Positions 37,338-49,265 of a DNA stretch of 64,000 nt are shown piece by piece. The number at the start of each line of letters is the position of its first letter. Positions within the stretch are counted from its first letter, which is position 1. The position numbers were made by a program, and so were the translations under genes. The notes beneath the pieces were generated by a model. It searched no databases. It saw nothing but the letters and a program-made list of their open reading frames with translations, and was not told where the DNA came from. Origin of the DNA: Macrostomum lignano (Eukaryota); the NCBI GenBank assembly GCA_002269645.1, contig NIVC01000862.1, positions 62,001-126,000 of the forward strand, read 5' to 3'.

Positions 37338-37577
37338 CGAACTGCTCAGCAGTCACCTGCTTCAACGGCGGCAACTGCAACGAGTACACTGCCAGCCCGC
37401 CCTGTCTCTGCCCACTGCCCTACATCGCACCATACTGCGAATCAGCTGCAGACTACTGCTTCACCCTGCAACCTGACAAGGGCATCACTGAGCTGCCTGT
37501 GTGCCTGAATGGCGGCAACTGCACACTGACTTACACAGATCCGTACTTTAATTGCAGCTGTCCCGATGGCTATGCAG
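37338..37577 (+). CDS. Exon encoding two EGF-like domains (upstream part of copy C)
   Basis: CSAVTCFNGGNC...CLCPLPYIAPYC and CLNGGNCT...CSCPDGYAG; TTGCAG acceptor and GTGGGT donor, phase 1-1. Confidence 0.85.
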
Positions 37578-38584
37578 GTGGGTATCTGATATTTCAAAGC
37601 ATTTCCTGTAGCTAACTTTTACGGCATATGATATAGCAAGCAAGCTCTTAAGGATTCAGTCTGAAAGCATATTTAATACTCGCATTTACTGCCAGGAATC
37701 AGGTGCAACAAATTACCGGCAGTCATTCATGTTGGTATGTGTGACACAAATGTTCTTTCTTGACTGACTAACCTGTAATATACTCGTACGACATTAACTG
37801 TTGTTTTGTGCAGTGTAAGAACTCATGGGAAGACTGCTTTACTGAGTGAGTATTGTTTAGCATATATCTATTCATACAAGCTGTTGAAACCCAAAGATAT
37901 TGAAAGCACTTAATTCCAATCACTCAACTTTTTCTCTGTTTAAATACTGTTAAAATATTCTAGAGAAACTAAACAGAATTAAATATGCAGGCCATTAGTT
38001 CTTGCTTGAAGGAAAAGGCAGGTCCGATGCAATTCTATTGCCTTTGCCGGATCCTGTCACGATTGTCTGCCTCAATCACATTCGAGAAGTGTTGCTTGAA
38101 GATTAACCGTAAGATAGATCTGGTGCATTGTAACAAAAATTGGGGGACCAAATTTCGATAAAAAACTTTTTTACGAGCGTACCTTAAGGGCCAGATAAAG
38201 AATACAGCTTATGGCTGTGGGTTTCATGAGAGTGGAAAGGAGGGGTAATGGAAGATTAGAGAAGAGATATGAAATCAGAACAATACGAGCTAGAAGAAGA
38301 GAGAAGAGCGGAGAGAGGAGAAGGGAAGGAGAGACGGAAGAGGGGAGAAAGGAGGAGAAAGGGAGAAAAGTGGAGAGAGGAGAGGAGAGAGGAATCTGGC
38401 GACACTGGAGGGCCTCACTGGCCGGCACCAACCCTTCGTCCATAGCGACGCGTCGGTCGTTCAGGGCCAAGTCGGAGCCTCGAGGGTCAGCGCTTCCACC
38501 CAACTCGGCCCCCTCAGTTGCACGCACAAGCCAAGACAAACAAGGAGACACGTCGGCCACCTCTTTAAGACAAGATTCGGGGCG

Positions 38585-39660
38585 CCACCTTCAATTCCAG
38601 CACTCTCAGTCAGAAATAGAGACTACAGGAGCTGACAAGGCTGGCGGCTGACTTCAACACATTCATCCTGGTAGTTCAAGAACATCGGCGGCAGAACTCT
38701 GGCGAGACTGTGGATCTGGGCCTGAGCCGGCAATTCAGGGCTGCCCCAGCCCCTCCGCAGGGAACTGGAGGCATTGGCTTCCTGGTCTCGCCTGCCGCAT
38801 ACACAGAGCTGCTGGACATCAAGTTCCCATCCGAGCGCCTGGGACACGCCTCCGCTCTGTGTTTACCTCAGAAACAGCTGACTGGCAGGAAGCCCAGGCC
38901 CAACGCTCCAAATGTGCCTCTCCTGCCAACCAGACTTTGACCCAGCCCAGCCAGGCGCCTTCAACACCGGCTCCATCGCTGCAGGCCAGGGTGGTAGAGC
39001 ACCGAGTACCATGCGAGCTGATGCTGCCGCTGGGGGTGGACGCCATCCCTCCCAGAGTCCTAAAGCTGTCTGAGCTCACCCGATCATCACCAGCCTGCTG
39101 AACTAGCACAGCAGTCTTGGAGGCAACGAGGCTGCCTCAGCTCCTCAGCAATAATTGCACTTCCAAGATTGTCTCCATCCCGAAGAAAGGCCTGGACAAC
39201 CAGTCTGGACAACCAGTCTGGACAACCAGTCTGGACAACCAGTCTGGACAACCAGTCTGGACAACCAGTCTGGACAACCAGTCTGGACAACCAGTCTGGA
39301 CAACCAGTCTGGACAACCAGTCTGGACAACCAGTCTGGACAACCAGTAGGGCATCAAGCTAGAATGCCCAAGTTGCTGAATTCTGCGCAACCGCCTCCTG
39401 CCCGGCCTCAACCCGCTGCTGCTGAGCCTTCAAAGCGGCTTCCGCCCGGGTAGGTCCACCACCGAGCAGGTTGCCACTATCCGCTCTGTCATCGAGGCCT
39501 GCAAGACCCGCCAGCGCTCCGTGTCAATCATCTTCGTCGACTTCCGCAAGGCGTTTGACTTGGTGCCCAGGCCTGCAATCGCGTGGCTCCTATCTCACTA
39601 TGGCGTACCTGCTGCGCTAGTGAGCGCGGTGATGAACCTCGATCGCGACTCCAGGGCCAA
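38585..39660 (+). mobile_element. Degenerate RTE-like non-LTR retrotransposon in an intron of copy C
   Basis: APE start (ATFNSSTL...ELTRLA...VVQEHR; GGIGFLVS) and RT (DAIPPRVLK, TSKIVSIPKKG, IIFVDFRKAFD), with stops and deletions. The 5' UTR may extend to ~38200. Confidence 0.82.
39192..39347. repeat. 13-bp tandem repeat (CTGGACAACCAGT)x12 within RT coding sequence
   Basis: 156 bp = 12 perfect units, between PKKG and RGI motifs. Confidence 0.97.
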
Positions 39661-42644
39661 GAGCGAAGAGCCTTAGCATTTGAGCAACTCCCTCATACGA
39701 TTTAAAATCTAAATTTTCCATGAAAGCTATAACCATAGTCCATAACCTGCAGCTAGCCGAGGAGCAGCATTTCATCAACTCCCTCTCAGCCCAAGAATTT
39801 CAAAACTTAGCAACTAACAGTTTGATATCTTGGAAATTAGTCTTATGGTTCCAAATGTAAATAACTCAGAAAGGTTTTTTTCTTATTTTTAACGCAGATA
39901 CTTGGCGTATAATATTCAAGACCTAAACGAATGTTGCTGTTTATACAGTAAATTAACTTCACCTGCGACTATTTTCGTGCTTTATAAATTCCGCTTAGTT
40001 GTATAAAAACTCAAAAACATAAACGACTGTTTTACAGAGCTATGCGGTCTGTACGCTACCTGCACAGACACGTCGGGGTCCTACAATTGCACCTGCATCG
40101 ATGGAGTTCAAAGCAAAGGAAAGGATAATTGCACCGGTAAATAAAAATTTTCGACTTATATAACTTGTTAAAATGCAGCTACTTGCACATGTAACTTCAC
40201 TTATGCTCGTATGAGATCGGCCATGAACTGAATCCAATTAAATGTCAACAAGTGTCTCAGCAGCTCCAAATGCGATGCCAATGCCGACTCCATTAACCTG
40301 ATCGGCTCATTTGATTGCATTTGCAAGCCAGGTTTCTATGGCAACGGGACTGTCTGCTATCGTGAGTTGACATGACATATCATATATAATTTGACTGAAA
40401 TCGCTCCAGTTGTCTCAATCCCGGATGCATTTTGCAGCTGAGATGCTCCTACCGACAGTAAATGAAACCAATATCACGGACCATGACATTGTCCACGCAC
40501 CACGTGGCGTTCCGTTTCTGATTGGCAGTCAGGAAAGTTCGTCTTTTCAAGTAAGTACCGCTTTGAAACAACTTACTTTTCGTACAGAGTTGAACTGTAA
40601 CTTCGAATTGACAGTTTTTCTGAGAGCTGAAAAAATATTGTTAGAAAAGCCGTAATTAATAAGAATCAACTCCACGATTATCCTTTGAATTTCACTGTTC
40701 ATTTAACATTTAAAAAATCTCAACACCAAGGTCAGTAACTATGGCGCCATCAGTTTCTCTGGGTATCTGTGGTATTTACCATACAACTCCACCACGGCAA
40801 AGGTCAACTTTCCTGGAGTCGTCGTGGCGCCTTACTGGTTTGTTAATCCTCGTACCTACTGGAGAGAACGTTGGACTCCAAAGCTTTCCTACGAGCTGCT
40901 GAATTCGAGAAACCACAGCTCCAGCTCGAACTGGCGCGCGGTCAAGCAGATCATTGAGCAGGAGATTCGATCCAAGTTCAACCCTCTGACGACTCTCATC
41001 GTGACTTGGCGCATTCTGACGCCGTCACTGCCGTGGAAGAGCTATTGGAATGGATTCAACTGCGTCAGAAAATGTTATTCTAGGCCATGGAACCAGACGA
41101 ACGGCTACATCAGCCTTTGTCTGGGCCTGTGTTCTCAAGCCAAGGCGAATGCGGTAAGTGGAGGAATGTCTCTGAAGTGACAGAGTTCTTCCCAATGACC
41201 ATAATATGCGCTTCTTGCTGGCGATGACCCACAGATGCAAATGTATAACGTACTTACTAACAAGCAGCTGTAGTTTAAAGTTTTCACTTTATAACAGAAG
41301 GTTTTTCATAAAAGAAAGAATACCAAAACATCAGAATGTTATTTTATTCTGTAAAAGGTCAACCGTTGTGCATGCACATTTTCATACTTGAGTTAGATTT
41401 ATTCCATGAAGATCTGACGATCCGGGTACATGTATATTAAGTCTTACCGCTGCACCAAATGAAGAAGTCACAGTTTTTTCATAATTAGAAATATGACGTC
41501 AAGTCAAGCTTCTCGGCTCTTTCTCACTCAGCTGATCACTACGTGCAATTCCAGAGCATCGAGTTCCAAGCAGTTGTAACGCGCAACGAGACTCACTCAT
41601 ACGCCATTTTTAACTACGGCGACTTCCACTCGCCTGTGCCGAGAATCTTCAACCCGAGCTCTCAAAAGTGGGACCTGACAGCGTTCTCAGGATTCACGGA
41701 TAATTTTTTCGTTCGAAAAGAGCTCTCATTCAGCCTGCGCACAGACTGGCCCGAGCTGCCCAATCTGAGCCCCGGAAGGTCGGGAAGACCCGGACGTCAC
41801 GTGCTGCAGCTCAGCATCGAGCAAAATGGTACATCTGAGTGCGGCAGTTGGATCGCCAATCAGAGCAGCTCTGACTCTCCAGGCTGCTCCGACTGTCCTT
41901 TCGATTTTCGGACGGCAGTCCTTGACAGGCGGTACAGTCCGTACGAGCTTGAGTGCTCCAGTGACAGCATCCGGATGTGCTTCAGCAACACCAGCTACCA
42001 GTGCGTTCAGAGCTTCACAGGCAGCAGTGCGAGCGGTTGTGAGCCGGAAAATTCCTGGAGATGCGAGCTTGAGAACTGCCGTTACCTGGTGTCGACCAGG
42101 TGCTGCTACAGAATGTCATCGGCAGCTGCTGGCAGCGAGATCAGTCAGCTGTGCCGTAGAAGTCAGTCACTCTGGTATGTGAAAGCTGTCCTGCGATGAA
42201 TCCTGTTCAGCATGTCAACCAGTGAGTCAGAACCTGAGCATTGAATAGTAGAATAAGTTGAAGCTGATTATAAAAATTATCAAGTTCTAATTTACTGAAT
42301 AAAAAATCATCATTTGCAGCTGGCCATCTCATCAGCAGAAGCTCAGACGGCGCCGGACACGTAAGGTACTTCTATCGGAACAGCACGAATGATAGCATTC
42401 AATTTGGTTTCGGGTCTCCACAGTATAAAAATGAATTGTACGGCCTAAAAGTCTGCTCAGCGGCCGGAATGATGGCCGCTTATTCTTCCGTAAGACCCAT
42501 GTGCACCAGCGAGAACTACCTGCCACCAGCGGGAGGTAACTGCTTTGTTGTAACTTTAGCTCTGAGTACCATATTTTGAATAGTTTCAATAATGAATTCA
42601 CTCTTGGCGGCTACTGGTGGCTCAACTGCTGTAGATCACTTACA

Positions 42645-43200
42645 AGCATCAAACCAAAACCTGAGCAACTAAGCATCAAACCAAAACCTAACCAACTAAG
42701 CATCAAACCAAAACCTGAGCAACTAAGCATCAAACCGAAACCTGAGCAACTAAGCATCAAACCAAAACCTGAGCAACTAAGCATCAAACCAAAACCTAAC
42801 CAACTAAGCACCAAACCAAAACCTGAGCAACTAAGCATCAAACCGAAACCTGAGCAACTAAGCATCAAACCAAAACCTGAGCAGCTGAGCATCAAACCAA
42901 AACCTAACCAACTGAGCATCAAACCAAAACCTGAGCAACTGAGCATCAAACCAAAACCTAACCAACTAAGCATCACACCAAAACCTGAGCAACTAAGCGT
43001 CAAACCAAAACCTGAGCAACTAAGCATCAAATCAAAACCTAACCAACTGAGCATCAAACCAAAACCTGAGCAACTGAGCATCAAACCAAAACCTAACCAA
43101 CTAAGCATCACACCAAAACCTGAGCAACTAAGCGTCAAACCAAAACCTGAGCAACTAAGCATAAAATCAAAACCTTAAGCAACTAAGCACCAACCAAACA
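42645..43200. repeat. 27-bp intronic minisatellite (paralog of 9762-10465)
   Basis: Same unit and same intron position. Confidence 0.95.
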
Positions 43201-44810
43201 ACCAACCTCCGATCTCCAGGCTTCAACCGAGGCGACCCCCACCTGAGCACGCTGTCGAACCGCAGCTACACATTCAACGGTCACTGCGAGTACCACCTGC
43301 TCACCAGCGAGCGGTGGCCGAACTCACCAACGCTGCGGCTGCAAGCGCGCACCGCGCCAGTCAGCGGTGGAGGCGCCACGGCCTTCGTCGGCGTCGCGCT
43401 GAAGTCCGGCCTCAACGAGCTGGCCGTGTCGGTGATCCGCAACGAAAGATCCGACGACCTCGACGTCTTCAGCAGCGACGGACGTCGGATCGGCAGCGTC
43501 AGGGGCGAGCTGGCGGCGCTGAGCAACGCGACCAGACTGGACAGCTACCGGCTGGAGGTCCCCGACAACAGCACCATCGACATTGTCGACGAGTCTACCG
43601 GCGTCAGCGTCACCGTTACCATGGAGACGAGCTCGCTCAGAGTCGGCGTTCAACTGGACTTGGCAGGAAAATACCCGAGCGGACTGGACGGTTTGCTAGG
43701 CAACAGCGACGCGAGCGGATTCAGACTGAGAAACGGCAGCGTCCTGCCAGCTGGCAGCTCCGAGAGGCAGCTGTTTGAGTTCGGGAACAGCTGGAGACTC
43801 AACAGCTCAGAGCCGAGCTACCTGCACTACCCGGCTGGCAAGGGCCGAGCTGACTTCTGCGATCTCAGCTTCGTACCGGCCTTTGCCGAGGACTTCAAGG
43901 AAGACCTGCTGGCGCTGTTCGGCGGGAACGCGGAGCTCAAGAACGCTTCGGAAGAGGTGAGTAGAGAGGATGGGTAGAAGTTAAGAAGTCCCAATGTGAA
44001 TCTAGAGTACTTGGAAGGAAGTGACAATAAAATGACATTGAATGTGACCTGGTGTAGATCCATAGGGTCCGCTGACCCTTGAAAGGAAAGGTTCCTGTGA
44101 GACGGTCATTATCCCATTTTGTTAACGAACTTAAAGAACTAAAAATCTCTATTCGATAAGATAGCGCTGAAATCTCGCCCTTCGTGAGATGGCTCTTCGA
44201 TTTCCTGAACAAATGAATAGGTGACCCAATCGAGAAGCACCCTTGATACCCTCCTTAATAAGGAAGTTGAAAGTTGTTGCATTTCAGGCTAAACATCGTG
44301 CATGGATCCCTCACTGCTGTCGCTCTGCCCTGGCAGGTGTGCGGCAGCTCCGGCTCCTCCTACCTCACCTGCATGTTCGACGCCGCTCAGCTTCGCTCGG
44401 TCGCAGCCGCTCAAGACGCGGCCGTCGCCATTCGAGACGAGACTCGAACCCGGGTCGTCCTGGCCAACCGACCACCGCAGTTCGTGAGCGCCCCGAGCCA
44501 GCTGCGAGTGAACGGCAGCAACAGCGTCGGTGTCACCTTCTCCGTGACGGATCCCGACGGCGCCTCACCGAATGTCACCGTGCTGGAGGCCGTCGGGGGG
44601 ACCGCGAAGCTGGAGGCTGGGACCAGCAGCAGCTGGCAGCTCGTGTGGCAGCCCGTCGACAACTGGCAAGGCGACATCAAACTGCAGCTGGTGGCGGTGG
44701 ACGAGGTCGGAGCCGTCACGGTGTGGACTCCCAGGATTGTGGTGTGCGACTGCGGGAGCAGGGGCAGCTGCTGCCCTGACTGCGGCATTGCTGACGACAC
44801 GGGTGAGTAG

Positions 44811-45056
44811 CTAACTGACTGACTGACTGACTGACTGACTGACTGACTGACTGACTGACTGACTGACTGACTGACTGACTGACTGACTGACTGAATGACT
44901 GACTGACTGACTGACTGACTGACTGACTGACTGACTGACTGACTGACTGACTGACTGACTGACTGACTGACTGACTGACTGACTGACTGACTGACTGACT
45001 GACTGCATGACTGACTGACTGACTGACTGACTGACTGACTGACTGACTGACTAACT

Positions 45057-45151
<95 letters not shown>

Positions 45152-45200
45152 TGACTGACTGACTGACTGACTGACTGACTCACTGACTCACTCACTCACC
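44811..45200. repeat. (GACT)n microsatellite (paralog of 12067-12560)
   Basis: Same intron; shorter and with several interruptions. Confidence 0.97.
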
Positions 45201-45746
45201 CCCTCACCCGTAACCATTGAAGCTTACTATAACCGTGAAGAGTGCAAGTGCGATCTGGGATTCACGGGACCCCAGTGCAAGCAGGCAGTGAAAATCTGTC
45301 TGACATCTGACTGCCAGGAGCCGCAGGGTGAGCAGCTGCTCAGTAAATTACCAGATTGCAAGATGTTCGAGAAACTGAACAAATTATTTTCCCAAACTCT
45401 CCGCTTCAGACAAAGGGGATGAAGAGGATGGCAGAGTCGATGACAGGTGGTCAGGAGTTTTCAAGGTGGGCAGGTCGGTGCACGGGAGGTCCGCCTTCAC
45501 CGCCACTGTCGGTGCTGTTTCGTTACTGGTGCTTCTGTCGGCACGGCTAATAAACTGAGCGACGCTTTGATCTAGAATGAAAAAATTGAAAAACTTACGA
45601 GAAAATACTGTGTGAAGTTTCTTTAATTACACTCAGTGTGTTCCATATTTATCCAGATTACACTGCACCTGTTTATTACATTAATTTTATTTTTATTTAC
45701 CTTCCTTCAGTGTTATCAAAAACTAAAAAATCCTTTTGAGTGAAGA

Positions 45747-46320
45747 CTAGCAATCTTCGCCCCCCGTTGGGGGACATCTGTATAGAATCTCTGTTCTCTA
45801 CAAGTAACAAAAAGATAGCGAAATAAAGCCTTCACAAAGTACAACAGACAAAACACTCAAATGAAGTGCAATGCAAAAAGAAATCATCCCAAGACAGCAA
45901 GCATCCCCCAGATAGCAAGCATCCCCCAGATAGCAAGCATCCCCCAGATAGCAAGCATCCACCCAGATAGCAAGCATCCCCCAGATAGCAAGCATCCCCC
46001 AGATAGCAAGCATCCACCCAGATAGCAAGCATCCCCCAGATAGCAAGCATCCCCCAGATAACAAGCATCCCCCAGATAACAAGCATCCCCCAGATAGCAA
46101 GCATCCCCCAGATAGCAAGCATCCCCCAGATAGCAAGCATCCACCCAGATAGCAAGCATCCCCCAGATAGCAAGCATCCCCCAGATAACAAGCATCCCCC
46201 AGATAACAAGCATCCCCCAGATAGCAAGCATCCCCCAGATAACAAGCATCCCCCAGATAACAAGCATCCACCAGACAATAAGTAGCTAGTGCGACAATTT
46301 CCTTAGCATTATAGCGGCTC
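45747..46320 (-). mobile_element. 5'-truncated Helitron (18-bp module plus intact 3' end)
   Basis: CTAGCAATCTTCGCCCCCCGTTGGGGGACATCT is the reverse complement of the Helitron 1 terminus and follows host A (45746). 46270-46320 matches 19465-19515. Absent in copy B at ~13113. Confidence 0.85.
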
Positions 46321-46938
46321 CAGTTTGCCAGCCATTTTTGGAATGTTGAAACGTTTCTTCAAGTTTGCTGCTTGTTTGTTTTCTTTCTTTTTGTTACTGT
46401 TTTCTTGCTTGCTTTTCAATCGCAGTAGTTTATCCTTCATTTGTTTGTTTCAACGGTTTTTTAACCCAGGCGACTGCGTCATGGCACAAAAAGGCATGCA
46501 CTTATCGCTCAAGCTACTGAACTTAAACTATAGGTAGACGTGGTTGCTAAAGCTTTCACGAAATACATTAGGGTCTCTAGGGGCGCCTAAGTACACGGAG
46601 GCCCATCTAGAGAATGTGTGATCTATGAGTATAAAAGTGTTTTTTAGCAGTCTGGTAGCCATGTACGCTGTAAATAAAACAATCTAATTAACTTTCTCTC
46701 CTGTTTTAGTTTTTCTAATTCCAATAATACAGTACTAAACGTTTTTTCATTTTTTTCTTCATAAATCTGTTTTTTTAGCCGTAGACAAGTAGTGAATTTT
46801 TTCAGCTGACAAAATATAAAGTGAGACGCCTTAGAGAGGCCTTTATAAAGTGCATCATTTACCTTGCTCTAACAACCACTAATTAGCAGAAATTGACACC
46901 TGGATCAGTATCTCAATATTGATTTTTTGAAACGCTGG

Positions 46939-49115
46939 TGTCGTGTACGCCCAATCTATGCCTTTACTCTTCTGTGATGACTAACTATGGCCCTCTCGAT
47001 CAACGTTCACTGCCACTTGTCCCTCAACTATTGCGTAACATTGTAGCCGCACGTCGGCAGTGATACTATATAGTAGCTCAAATATACGGTCCATGAGACC
47101 ATGATTTTCTCAGCACACAAGCGCACTACAGTGACGTCGCAAGCAAGCCTACCCACACCGCCCACATTGAACTTGCGCGAAGAGCCCCATGCGGCACATA
47201 CGAAGTGGAGCAAGTGGCCGGCTCAGTTCCAGCTGTTCACCGCGGCTGCTGACATCTCTGACAAGAAGCGACTTCGCCAACTCCTTCTACGAGCTATACA
47301 CAGCGGGCGAGGACCTGCAGGCCATTGCAGCCGGACTCGCCGACACCGGTGATGACGTCGACAAGCTCATCAAGGCTCTCAATTAGCACTTCACCAGCCA
47401 GCTCAATCTGCCCTTCACCCGCTACCAGTTCCGGCTGTGCACCCTGCAGACCGGAGATTCCCTGGACGACTGGCTGCGGCGGCTCAACAACACCGCTGAC
47501 TGCTGCAAATTCGAAGGCCTCCGAGACTCTCTAATCCGCGACCAGCTAGCTGATCGCCGGCTGCAGCTCCGAGCAGCTCCGCAGGAAGCTGCTGGCCATG
47601 GACAACGTGTACCTGGGCCAGGCGGTCCGGGTGGCCAGGGCCATGGAGGCAGCTGAGGCGCAAGCCAGCCTCATGAAGACCAGCGCAGCGACCGTGCAGC
47701 GGTTGCGGAAGCGCGAGTCCAGCCCGCCAGGGCAGCCGCAGGAATCAGCCACGCAGGCAGCCGATCGCACGCAGCCAAAGTGCATCCGCTGCGGCAACTT
47801 CGGCCACCGCAGCTGCAGCGCTGCGGTAGGCAAGACCTGCAACCGATGCGGCAAGCCGAATCACCTCGCCAAGGCCTGCCTGTCCCGGCCGGAGGACGTG
47901 CGAGCTCTGCGGGTCGGCAGCGACAGTTCGGGCGAAGAGGACGACGTCTTCTGCCTGACCGTGATGGCCTCAGACACGAACGCAACAGCGGCTCTTGCCA
48001 CGGTGCTGGTAGAAGCGACTCCAGTGCAGGTGCTGGTGGACAGCGGAGCCGACTGTAACATTCTCACCGAGGCAGCCTGGCGAGAGCTCCCGGGACCCCC
48101 AGGCCTGCAGCCGACGACAAAGAAGATTTTCTCATTTCGATCAGCTAAACCTCTGCGCACTGTGGGAGCCTGCAGCCTGCAGGTTTCGGTTGGCTCAATG
48201 GTCCGGCGCGCTAGCTTCATCATCGTCCCAGGGACCGGCACCAGCGTGCTCGGCCGTGCAACCTCGACATCCCTGCAGCTGCTGAGTCTGGGGACGCAGG
48301 CCCGGGCACCGGCCAGAGAGGCAACAAGTCTGAGCGATTCTCTAAACGCGCAACCAGTCCAGGACAATGTACCGCTGCAGCAGCTCAACTCCGTCAAGTC
48401 CGCACCGGAAGGCCCGACCATCAAGAGCGTCCGCGATGCCACAGCAGGGGACCCGGCTCTGACCTTCGTCATGCAGGCGTTGGCAACTGGCAACTGGCGC
48501 TCCGGTGCTACAGCCAAGGCCGGCAGCTTCCACTCGCTCAAGGATGAGCTCCAGGTGCGTGACGGCGTGCTGCTCAGGGGCAACAGAATCGTTGTACCCG
48601 CAGCGCTTCAGCAGGAAACCATCAGTTGGACCCACCAGGGTCAATTCGGCAGGAGGAAGGCCATCGACCGGCTGCGGGGGAACTTCTGGTGGCCTGGCAT
48701 GGCACGGCAGGCGCAGGCGGCTGTGTCAAGGAGACGCCAGCGCCAGGACATCGGAGGCGTTGGCGCGAGCAAGACGCTCTCAGCCGGCCGGCCGGCAGAC
48801 ACAGCAGACGTTCAGCAGCCGTCAAAGCCCGGCTGGAAGCTGGTGACCAGACGGCGCACGCCGCTAATTTCGATCGGCGCTCCGCCAGGTGACCGAAAAG
48901 TGCGACGGCATTTGGGAGGTCCACTGGCCGCACGACAGCACGTCAGCAAACCACAAGGCCAGCGAAACAGAGCCTCATCCTACTAACTACAGACTGCAGA
49001 CTACTAATTATCACATTTACATGCATACGTAAATTTCACTCAACAGCTGACTAACACAACTGTTCCGAAATCTCGTTCCGTTAATCTCCGTTAAATCGAA
49101 TTACAGACTTATCTA
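46939..49115 (+). mobile_element. Internally deleted Gypsy element (gag, CCHC, protease, integrase N-part; RT/RNase H missing)
   Basis: gag-like WSKW...FQLF, IRDQL, RRKLL; two CX2CX4HX4C-like knuckles; LVDSGAD protease; DGVLLRGNRIVVP...WWPGM. Present only in the second duplicated block. Confidence 0.85.
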
Positions 49116-49265
49116 CTTATCTACAGTTTCTATAACAACGGTGTCCTTATCTACAGATTCTATAGCAGCGGTGTCCTTAGCTACGGTTTCTATAGCAACG
49201 GTCTCTTTAGCTACGGTTTCTATAGCAACGGTGTCCTTAGCTGCGGTTGCTATAGCGACGGCCTT
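49115..49265. repeat. 30-bp minisatellite (paralog of 13860-14165)
   Basis: About 5 units of CTACGGTTTCTATAGCAACGGTGTCCTTAG. Confidence 0.85.

Larger units (their letters stand above)
40037..45558 (+). pseudogene. Copy C of the EGF-NIDO-AMOP-VWD-cadherin-like-EGF-GPI gene, apparently disabled
   Basis: Exons 40037-40136, ~40242-40361 (acceptor AG lost, Cys to Ser), 40438-40550, 40731-41153, 41489-42221 (TGA at 42197-42199 where copy B has TGG), 42320-42535, 43220-43956, 44337-44802, 45223-45327, 45410-45558. Confidence 0.78.

Noticed and set aside
38290-38395. Long purine-only GA tract followed by TGGCGAC (possible PBS or LTR boundary)
   Set aside because: No LTR pair or gag follows; more likely low-complexity sequence at the 5' side of the RTE remnant.
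42576-43178. (KPEQLSIKP)n ORF as an extra exon before VWD
   Set aside because: Ends in a stop, has no suitable splice sites, and the paralogous array in B contains 28-bp frameshifting units.
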